DNA of 64,000 nucleotides, taken from NCBI GenBank assembly GCA_964016885.1, contig OZ024744.1, positions 73,904,001-73,968,000 of the forward strand, in the 5' to 3' direction. Source of the DNA: Eledone cirrhosa (lineage: Eukaryota). Positions 52,183-64,000 of this stretch are shown here, piece after piece (the stretch's first letter is position 1; each line of letters starts with the position of its first letter). The notes beneath the pieces were generated by a model, which made no database searches, was not told where the DNA came from, and worked only from the letters and a program-made list of their open reading frames with translations. A program made the position numbers and the translations under genes.

Positions 52183-55100
52183 TTCTTCTGGTTTTATAAT
52201 TTCACAAAGTTTTACCAATAGACACAAGATTCACTCGTTGGAATTTACACAACATCAACTAGGTAGATATGTATGTATGCATGCATGTGTAGATATGGAT
52301 GTTATTGCATGTGTGGATGTGGATGTTTTGAGTTGTATGTGAGCATGTGTATATGCTTTGTATCTGTACATGTATATATGCAGTTATTAGATGCAACATT
52401 TTTAGAATGTTTTACATGTTTTTACTGTTCCATTAATGGATTGTACTTGTAGTTTCCTAACTAGTTGTGTTCATTCTGTTCCTGTGAAGCCTAGCTTCTC
52501 AAGATTTGTATTGAAGCAGTTACTAACATATCCCTGTGCCCCAGTAATCATAGGCATAAATTTGAAGGTGTAATCAGGGTGGAGTATCTGCAGATTTCTC
52601 ATCAGTTCTGCATAAATATTCTCCTTTTCACTAATCTTTGATATTATGTTGGTATCTGCTGGGCAGCTAATTTCCACTACTGTGCATGTTTTCTTCTCCC
52701 TGTCCCATATCAAAATATCTGGTCTGTTATGCTTGCATTTTATTGGGGTTTTTACTGGAACATTCCACCAGTACTCTTTCATATTATGTACATGGATGTC
52801 TTCCACATTGTTGTAGCTTTTAATGTGTTTATTATGAGGGCTATCTTTTTTACGAACTGCATTGCACAGTGTTTTGGCCACTACATCATGCCTCGTAGGT
52901 AGATAGTACCGTGATGGCATCTTTGGACAGCTACTGATGATATGGGTGATATCCTCGATGTTAGTTCTGCAGTGTCTGCACTTGTTATCACATTTATGTG
53001 TTTTGCCTGCATCCCTATCTATTTTGTGAATCGGATATTTCGTTGTAATCTCCTGTTCTTGGATAGCAAAAGTGTATGCTTCAAAGTGGGAGCCAATATA
53101 GTGGTTGTTGGTCCAAGATAGACTACTTTCCTTATCTATATTACTCTCACTCTGAGCTTCCTGGCAACATATCCATGTATGATTTTTTTGCTGATAGGCA
53201 TACAGATTTTCATCCATGGATTCAGTGCGATACTGCTGAGCGACATCCCTGGGTGTGAGACTTTGATTATCACACAGGGAATATCTCTCAAGGAGTTCCT
53301 TCCCAACTCTCATGATCGTATGTTACATGCAGATAGACTTACTTGAGGGACGGGCTCCTACGCTTCGAGGTTCGTAGATGTTGTCGGAGAGATATGATGC
53401 GACATTCAAATTTTGTCTGGACTGATGTTAGGCCTCTGCCTCCCTGCTTACGTTTCAAGTAAAGGCGGTCTATGTCACTGTTGATGTGGAAGTTTCCGGT
53501 GTTGTTCAGTATTTTTCGAGATCCAACATCAACTGCTCGGATTTCGTCTAATCGTCCAATTGAGTATTCCAAACGTTGGTGTTAGGACAGGCACAGCAAA
53601 CACATTGTGAGCCATTGTTTTGTTTTGCGCAGAGGGTACCGATGACCAGATCTTTCTTAATCGCGTGTAGTATTCCCTGATTACGCGTTCTTTATTACAG
53701 ATACAATTATAGGATATGTTCTCATCTATCGCCAGGTATCTGTAGCAGTCTAATCAGATATCGGTGAAACAGTTAGACCATTGCTGACAATGTTGCTAGA
53801 TTGTGTTGTTGTTATTCCCCACTTTACAGTCATATATGAGCATTTATCTTGGCCAAACTCCATTCCTATATCCTTTGAGAACGTTGTAACCAGGTCAAGA
53901 TTTTTCTTCATCCCATCCATGTTCTTGGTATAGAGTTTTAGATCGTCCACAAAGAAGTTATGGGTTAGGTTCGTATTTCTGTCCTCCTGTGAGCCAATGA
54001 TGTATCCCTCACATTTCTTGAGCAGAAAGGACAAGGAGTTTAAGGACAAGATGAACAATATCACAGAGCGACTGTCCCCCTGAAATATACCCCTGCAATA
54101 TTTTATTTTATCAGCGAAAACAGAGTCCTCCCTCTCTGTCTTTAACCTTAGGATAGTAGCTCAAGAAGAAGACAGCCTCTCTATGGCTCTGACAATAATG
54201 TCTGGGACTTTAGCAAGGTGGAGGGCCTCTATCATCCAAGAGTGGGGAACTGAATCGAAAGCTTTCTTGTAGTCCAGCCAGACTGTAGTCATATGCCTCC
54301 TAAGTTGTCGCACCTCCGACATCGCAGTTTTGTTGATTAGGAGTTGTTCAGCACATCCCCAAACCCTTTTCTTTCCAGCTGCTTGTTCATCTGTGATGAT
54401 GTTATTATTTTCACAGTGATCTTGGAGGAATAGGTTCAGGCAGGCTGTATACATCTTATACATCATGTTCTGACATGCAATCGGTCGGTAGTTTTTTGCC
54501 AAGTGGGTGTCTTTGTTCTTGGGGACCAGTAACGTTTGTGCTAATGTCAACCATTCTGGTATAAGTATATCTCCCTTAAGAACTTGTTGGTAGAGGTCAG
54601 TAAGATACCTCCGATAGAATATCAGTTTTTTGTACCAGTAGCCGACAATCCTGTCTCCTCCTGGTGTTTTCTTATCTTGGAGTTTTCCTATCACAGTCTG
54701 AAGGGTACCCTCACTTATTTCGTATGTTTTTGTTGTAGTGTAGGAGCAATAGTTCTTTCGGATGTCTCTTAGCCACACTGCATCTTGGTTGAAATTCTTC
54801 TTTTCACCCCATATTTTTCTCCAGAAGGAATCTATGTCTTTCTGGGATGAGGCCTCAGTGATACTTATTATTTTGCCCTTCATATCTCTATAGACTGATG
54901 TTTGGTTTCGTCTGAATCTTTTATTAAGCTCTTTTCTCTCATCTATCTTCTTCAGGTATCGGCGTTTTTCGCTGACAGCTCTCAATTCTTGTTTTTTCAC
55001 TCTTTGTTGGTGAGGAGTGAGTTTTTTTTATGTTTGTTTGCATGTAAGGAACATTGTCACATATCCTATGTTTTTTCTTAGGTCAGCAATCTTTTCTATT

Positions 55101-55410
55101 TTAGTTATATATGATGGTATTTATGGTGTTTTGTTCTTGTTAATATCTCTGCTATCACCAAGATAATGCTTCACTCTCGTTGCTATTGCATATATACAGG
55201 CGTTGATTTGCCGAAATGTTGTGGTTTTTATTCGTCGTAAATATTCATCCCCTATTTCATCAATAACACGTAGTCTTTCATTATTTGGTTTTTTATTAAA
55301 CTTTGTCGTTTTAACACGTTCAGCAAGAGAGATATTTATACATGAGTTAATTTCTCTCTGGAAGATTTCGTTGAGGGAAATTTCAATTGTTATACATATG
55401 TTATCTCTTT
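52183..55410 (-). mobile_element. R4/Dong LINE subfamily a, longest copy, frameshifted
   Basis: KTPGGD, NYRPIAC, WLDYKKAFDSVPH, IFQGDS, FFVDDLKLY, CRHC..THIISSC and HNRPD..VVEISCP. Ends at (CATA)n. Confidence 0.92.
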
Positions 55411-55699
55411 CTCTTAATTTTAAGTATATTTTTTTGACCGGCCACCTTGCTGGTGGCAAGGTTGTAAGAGAAAAGAAATTGTCATCCCTTGAATCGCAAG
55501 AAAGTTTTGCAAAATTTGAAGGTGCCAGCTATCGCAGCCAGTTGTAGACTATGAATTAGGGAGGTGCGCTCTTTGTCCGCAAATCCAATGAATGTATGTA
55601 TGTATGTATGTATGTATGTATGTATGTATGTATGTATGTATGTATGTATGTATGTATGTTTATATGTATGTATGTATGCCTGTACGTATGTACGTATGT

Positions 55700-57517
55700 A
55701 GCACTCTTGAACCCAGTACAATCTGTCCCATGGTCGGGTCGTCGAAGTCTAAACCGGCAACCCCATCAACTTTACTTGGTGAGGAGGATGATTTTGGACA
55801 CCCTCCAGGACAAAAAAGAAAACCTGAAAAAGGGCGGAAGAACTCATAAGAGCAATGGTATGCTCCTGCTGCAGATGTGTGAGGAGCTGGATCTGTGAGT
55901 TACCAACACCATGTTCCAACAATAGAACAAATTTAAGACTACATGGATGCATCCTGCATCTAATGAATGGCATCTTTTGGACTACGTCCTTCTCAGGATG
56001 CGTGACAGATGGGATGTGCAGTGTGTTCGTGATCTTCGTGGAGCTGGGTGCTTGATGGACCACCGCCTGGTACGCGCAAACGTGAAACTAATCACTAAAC
56101 GTAAAATCCGGGTTCCTGGTGTTACCCTGCCCAGAAGATTGAATGCTGCTCGTCTTAGGGATAAAAATGTGAAGAGGACATTGCGAGAATAGATGCAGGT
56201 TGCAGATCTTGGTGAGGATTGTCCGACACTTAAAAAGTCGGTTTATGATGTAGGCAGGCGTGTTCTGGGATTGGTGCAGAGAAAACAGCAAGACTGGTTT
56301 AATGAGAATGATGAACATATAAAAGACTTGTTGGCTGATAAGAGGTGGGTTCTGTCACGCTACGTGACGGTAAAACCACAGGAGAGGAATATGTTGCATA
56401 AGGAACTCAAGGATGTGAAATCACGTGTTAGGCGGAGTTTTTCTCAGATGAAGGATCAGTGGTGGAGTGAGAAGGCTGGTGAGATACAAACTGCGTCAGA
56501 TCCCAATAACACAAAGCTGTTGTACAGTCTCTTGCGTGAAGTTTATGGAGCGTCTTCATCTCTGGTGCCACCGCTTCGCAGCAAGGATGGCAAAGAACTT
56601 CTTCATGACTCACAAGGAATTCTAGGAAGGTGGCGAGAGCACTTTCATGATCTTTTGAATCAGCCGTCTGTCGTCAATGAAGATTTCCTCAATCTCATTC
56701 CAGAAAGTCCTCTGAAAGTAGCTCTCGCAGAACCTCCGACGGATTTGGAGGCTGCAGTGGCTATCTCGAAGCTGAACAGTAGAAGGTCTCCAGGTATGGA
56801 TGGCATACATGCAGAGCTCCTACAATATGGTGGTGAGAGACTTCTGCAACATCTTCACTCTTTGTTTGGCAGGATATGGGCTAATGAATCCGTACCTGAA
56901 GACTAGAGAGATGCAGTAATGGTGGTCTTGTACAAGGGAAAGGGTAACAAGAATGATTGTGGGAACTACAGAGGTATATCATTGCTTTCTGTCGTAGGGA
57001 AAGTTTAATGTAGGGTGCTTCTGGACCGTCTCCTGACACACATTGCAGATTGTGTTCTTCCTGAAAGTCAATCTGGTTTTCGTGCTGGATGCGGCACTAC
57101 TGATATGATCTTCTCAGCTAGACAGCTCCAGGAGAAGTGGATGGAACAAGGTTTGGATCTGCATCAGGTTTTGTCAATCTGACAAAAGCTTTCGATACTG
57201 TTAACAGACATGCATTATGGGTTGCCCTGATAAGTTCCTTGCTTTAGTTAGGTCTTTCCATGACGACATGAAGGCTTGGGTTAATGTCGGATGTAATATG
57301 TCGGAGCCTATCTCAGTAAAAAAATGGAGTGAAACAGGGGGATATTCCAGCACCGACCCTGTTTGCCTTATACATTGCAATAGTTTTCTGTATTGCATTC
57401 AGGAATTGCGAGCATTGTGTTTACATCCGATATCAAACCTCAGGCAACATATTTAACATCAGGCGCTTTCCTGCAAAAACAAAAGTATTTACATCAATCA
57501 TAAGAGACCTCTCTTAT
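55700..57517 (+). mobile_element. RTE (BovB-like) LINE, 5' UTR joined to partial EN and RT
   Basis: TTWMHPASNEWHLLDYVL..DHRLV, SPGMDGIHAE, CGNYRGISLLS, ESQSGFR..DMIF, KAFDTV and VKQGDIPAPTLF. 5' UTR shared with 63137-63330. Confidence 0.9.
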
Positions 57518-57607
57518 GATTCACCGAACATTTATTATAATGCTCGGTGTGTTTGTAAACAAACGTATTAAGCCGTAGTGTCTAGCAACAATCTGGCAGG
57601 AAAGTAT

Positions 57608-57650
57608 ACGTTGCTGACGATAGTTAATAAGCTTGAAACTAGTACAGCGT
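57608..57650 (+). ncRNA. Minimal hammerhead motif, tandem copy 1
   Basis: acgttg-CTGACGA-t agtt aata agct t-GAAA-ctag-TA-cagcgt. Confidence 0.8.
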
Positions 57651-58029
57651 TCCTTTGTCAGTGTTGAACAAACGAGCAACGATGGTTGCTAGACACTACA
57701 GCTTAATACGGGATGTTTGTTTACAAACACACCGAGCATTATAATAAATGTTCGGTGAATCCATACGTACATATATATATATGTGTGCATGTATGTATAT
57801 ATATATACATACTACTGTACATCTGTATACATATATGTATGTACGTGTACATACTTATATTTAAGTAACAGCCGTACTAAGAGTGGGAAATGAAATTTCG
57901 TTTCATTTTTTCCGTTTATCGTTTTCGGTGCACCCGGCCGATTAACCCACTCGATATGCAAATATGGCTACTCAGCCGTTAATATGCATATGGTAAGTAT
58001 ATACGTTCAACAATCTGGCAGGAAGGTAT

Positions 58030-58072
58030 ACGTTGCTGACGATAGCTAATAAGCTTGAAACTAGTACAGCGT
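58030..58072 (+). ncRNA. Minimal hammerhead motif, tandem copy 2
   Basis: acgttg-CTGACGA-t agct aata agct t-GAAA-ctag-TA-cagcgt. Palindromic stem III ACTAGT. Confidence 0.8.
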
Positions 58073-58270
58073 TCCTTTGTCAGTGTTGAACAAACGAGCA
58101 ACGATGGTTGCTAGACACTACGGCTTAATACGGGATGTTTGTTTACAAACACACCGAGCATTATATTAAATGTTCGATGAATCCATATGTACATATATAT
58201 ATGTTGGCATGTATGTATATATATACTATATATACTACTGTACGTCTGTATACATATATGTATGTACGTG

Positions 58271-60297
<2,027 letters not shown>

Positions 60298-61372
60298 TTC
60301 GATCTATACGTGGATATTTTACGTCTCGATGTGGGAGCTAAGTATATGTTTGTTTATACCTTTACTTATTTGCATAGGTAAGTATATATTATCCGTATGT
60401 TGTGTGAAGGTACGTATACCTTCGCGTACGTATATTTGATCGTTATGGCGTATAATTTCTTTATATTTCTGGTACATATGGTTCGGCTATGTGTATACGG
60501 GAGTTTTGCGTCTGTGTGAGTATGCATGTTCGTACGTATGTAGGGCATGTGTATATGTGTACTTCATGTTTTGGTGGACATACGTCTCCGAACATTCGTG
60601 TATTTACATGTAGGTATGTGTGTGCGCTTGTTATATACGTATTTGTTTATTTATATACGTTTATATAATTATTTATTTATTTGTAGACACGCTTACACAC
60701 ATACACATATTTATATGTGCGTGGTTTTGTTTACCTATGGTAAGTTTTGCGTATGCTTGTGTATGTACGTATTTGTTTGCGTGTTTGTATTTATTTATTT
60801 CTATTACTTCTGTATTGTATTTAATTACTTGGTTCTTAACTCTGTAGCGGAGATTCATTCGGTCTCCTAGTTAGAATTTAGTCTACCACTTCTGCTATAC
60901 CATTTACGTGGTTTTATCTTTGCGTGCTATTGTTCTCCACGCTCCACATATGACGTATTATCTTCGTTTTTTCGTTCATTGCCAGAGAACGTCTCTATGC
61001 ACCACCTAAGAGAACATTAGTCTACGACCTCTTTTATACCATAAACGTGGTTCTGTCTTTGCGCGTAATTGCTTTTCACCGCTCCTATTACCTATTAATG
61101 ACGTATTATATTCTTTTTTTCCCGTTCTTAGCCAGCGACCGTTTCCACGAACCAAAGTATCGTCTTCCTGTCTTCCTCCGGTTGCAATGTCTTTTTAAAT
61201 ATCCAGTTCTGCGTTTACAGATTGACTTTGTTAGTTTCAGAAGATCCATTCTTTGCTTAAACTTTAATCTGTTATTTTAATAAATATTTGCTCTAGGGTT
61301 CTTATATATTTGATATATATTTATCCTTATCGAGCCCTCTTTGGATTTTAGTCTTCAAATTTATTATTATTA
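60298..61372 (+). mobile_element. PLE 3' UTR and terminal pLTR (family B)
   Basis: Follows the ORF, carries about 140-bp subrepeats, and ends with the family B tail at (TA)n. Confidence 0.65.
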
Positions 61373-61373
61373 C

Positions 61374-61511
<138 letters not shown>

Positions 61512-61520
61512 TATATTTAT

Positions 61521-61571
<51 letters not shown>

Positions 61572-61589
61572 TATATCCAAAATTAAGAT

Positions 61590-62077
61590 AAATCAATATA
61601 AATTTAATCTAAATCAAATTAAGGGTGTCATGCCAGAAAGACATGCGCCATATCACCCGTAATATAAGCTCCAAGATTCTAATGAATAGGTCCGAGCATT
61701 TTATAACAACTAGAATTTGATTAACATATAAATAAACATGAAACAATCACAGGGGATAATTTGTAAAAGTGTGTAAGCACACAGAGCTATGTAGGTAACT
61801 AAATAAAGATTAACTAGAACTTCAAAAATAGATACCTTATAAAATGATTAATCTTTCTTGTATATATTCCATTAAAGAAATATATGGTGAAATATATTTC
61901 TTTAATGGAATATATACATGGTAGATTAATCATTTTATCAGGTAACTATTTTTGAAGTTCTAGTTAAACTTTATTTAGTTACCTACCTAGCTTTGTGTGC
62001 TTACACACTTTTACAAATTATCCCCTGTGATTGTTTCATATGTTTATTTATATGTTAATCAATTTCTAGTTGTTATA
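61590..62077. repeat. Family E fold-back element, about 375-bp palindrome
   Basis: Arms 61702-61884 and 61892-62077 pivot at ggtGAAA; a tail lies at 61590-61700. Confidence 0.8.
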
Positions 62078-62234
62078 TATATAAATATATATGTAAGTAT
62101 ATTATTGTTGTTGTCGTTATTATTATTATTTTGTTATTATTATGGGGGGTATTTTTGTTGTTTTTTTCTCGTGCAATGGCTGTACTCAATAACGAGGGGG
62201 CAGCCATCATGTATGTATGCATGTGTATATGTAT

Positions 62235-62582
62235 GTATGTATGTTTAAACATCATCTGGTTTGCCAGCACTGTGGTCGAGTCTGCTTGAGTAAAACAGTT
62301 TTGATTAGACATGAACAAAGATATATCAGTCGACCTTATGAAGATTATGATCTGAAAAGGTCTAAGGAATGTAGCAAGGAATGTGCAAGCATGGGAGGTG
62401 TAAAAAGACATGAGAACACACAGCCAGAACAAAGCAATGGAAAGTCCCGGAGGAGCCTACAGTTGCCATGTGTGTACCAGGTGTGCAAATCTTTGGCTGG
62501 TTTAAAGAGCCACATTCGAGCCTCACATTTTTGAGCGTTTTATCAGGTGATGGCAATGCTCAAACATGAGTTTGCATCCATC
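62235..62582 (+). mobile_element. RTE-type 3' end encoding three C2H2 fingers
   Basis: CQHCGRVCLSKTVLIRHE, CSKECASMGGVKRHE and CVYQVCKSLAGLKSHIRASH, then tggcaatgctc..gag..catcc and (ATGT)n. Confidence 0.65.
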
Positions 62583-62726
62583 ATGTATGTATGTGTGTGT
62601 GTGTGTGCCCGTGTGTGTGTGTGTTTGTGTACGTTTCTTCTGTGTGTGTCTGTGTATGTATGTGTGTGTATGTATGAATGTATGTATGTATGTGGGTGTA
62701 TGCATGTATGTATGTATGTATGTATG

Positions 62727-63114
62727 AAGTCATTAATAGTTGGACATGCAATTTCTCTCAGTGTGTACACCTCTCAAAGGCCGGTTATGTTAATCACCTG
62801 AAGTCACATGAAAGTATAACCACCTGCAACACCACTCAACAAAGACCTGGCGAAACAATGTGCATGATATGCAACAAAGTGTGGAGAACTAGTTCCGAAC
62901 TAAAAAGACACATGGTGATACATATAGATTGTGCCCCACAGGGTGACACCACCGGTCCTGTGTAAATCACAACTCTCTTCCGTCACCCCTGTCGTAAACC
63001 ATGCCGATCTACAGCTGGCCTACGAAGTCAACTACGAAGTCATGGATATGGATGCGAGGACAATGAATAATCAATAAGAGACGGCAATCGTCGGTGAAGA
63101 CACTGCAATCCTCA
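62727..63114 (+). mobile_element. Second RTE-type 3' end with three C2H2 fingers
   Basis: CNFSQCVHLSKAGYVNHLKSH, CMICNKVWRTSSELKRHMVIH and HPCRKPCRSTAGLRSQLRSH; flanked by (TATG)n. Confidence 0.6.
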
Positions 63115-63136
63115 TGTATGTATGTATGTATGTATG

Positions 63137-63671
63137 TCGGGTCACTCACGAGTGCTACCGGTAACATGTAACCCAGTACAACCTATCGCATGGTCGGGTC
63201 GTCGTCGACTAAACCAGCAACCCCACCAAGTTTACTTGGTGAGGAGGGTGCTTTTGGACACCCTGCAGAACAAAAAACAAAACCTGACAAAGGACGGAAG
63301 AACTCATAAGAGTCAACGGGCATCCAAAAGTGTGTAAATATGTATATACACATGTACCGCGCGGTTAAACCACTGGGAGTGAAGGACCCCTAGCCTTTGT
63401 CAGGGCATATTTCTAAGAGAAGGCAACTCAGGAAACTGGGATAACTCCGATATAAAACCTACGGCTCAGTAGTTACCGATGATGTTGATCTTTTCTTCTT
63501 TTCGGGTTATAGCTACTGTTGCTCAGAGAGTGCGATTAGTTCAGTGCACAGTCTTTCCGCACTTTAAAAAATATCTTCACGCACATGCATTGCACGATAG
63601 AATTAATTAATAATTATTAATAATGGCATATCGTGCAATGGCCATACTCGATAACGAGGGGGCAGCCATCA
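63137..63671 (+). mobile_element. Non-autonomous bipartite RTE-derived element (5' UTR plus 3' end)
   Basis: The 5' part matches the RTE 5' UTR at 55700-55858; the 3' end is ctcgataacgag..cagccatc. No ORF. (TATG)n on both sides. Confidence 0.75.
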
Positions 63672-63693
63672 TGTATGTATGTATGTATGTATG

Positions 63694-64000
63694 TCAGGTG
63701 ACCAGTTGGTGCTATTGGTAACATGTATCCCAGTACAACCTGTCTCAGGTTCGTGTCATTGGCGACTAAACTGGCAACCCCACCAAGGTTTCTTGGTGAG
63801 GAGGGTGACTTTCGATATCCTGCAGGACTAAAAACAAAACCTGTCAAAGGGCAAAGGAGCTCTTAAGAGTCAATGGCCATCCAAAATCACCGGGAGAGAT
63901 GACCCCTTAGCCTTTGTCAAGGCAGAATTATAAGAGAAGGAAAACTCTGATATAACACCTACAACCCTGATGGTATCCAATGATGTTGACTTGTTCTTCT
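63694..64000 (+). mobile_element. RTE 5' UTR-type element running off the window
   Basis: Homologous to 63137-63500 and 42780-43031. Confidence 0.75.

Larger units (their letters stand above)
57518..58270. repeat. pLTR/retrozyme-like array: inverted partial copy plus two direct copies
   Basis: 57518-57589 is inverted relative to 57685-57761. Direct repeats at about 57587-57850 and 58009-58270 (422-bp period). Confidence 0.85.

Overview
AT-rich eukaryotic (animal) DNA made almost entirely of microsatellites and retroelement or transposon remnants. The SINE and LINE families and the density of (TA)n/(CA)n/(TATG)n tracts suggest a coleoid cephalopod (octopus-like); this is inference. No host gene can be established, and most track ORFs are microsatellite artefacts. 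Recognisable content: Penelope-like elements (PLEs; one near-intact RT+GIY-YIG ORF at 58.6-60.3 kb plus five fragments), R4/Dong, RTE, Tx1 and CRE LINE remnants, a hAT transposon, MITEs and tRNA-derived SINEs. The most striking feature is a dense population of type-I hammerhead ribozyme (HHR) motifs: about 13 complete or near-complete motifs and many half motifs, from at least 6 families, nearly all next to (TA)n. They occur as a tandem pair that would release a 422-nt unit, as palindromes carrying a ribozyme on each strand, and as fold-backs that pivot in or next to ribozyme stem II. Two non-canonical core variants recur (CAGANGA; a U-U closure of stem II). Separately, RTE elements with C-terminal C2H2 fingers and an R4/Dong family both sit in (ATGT)n tracts, on opposite strands. 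All folds were paired by eye and none is tested.
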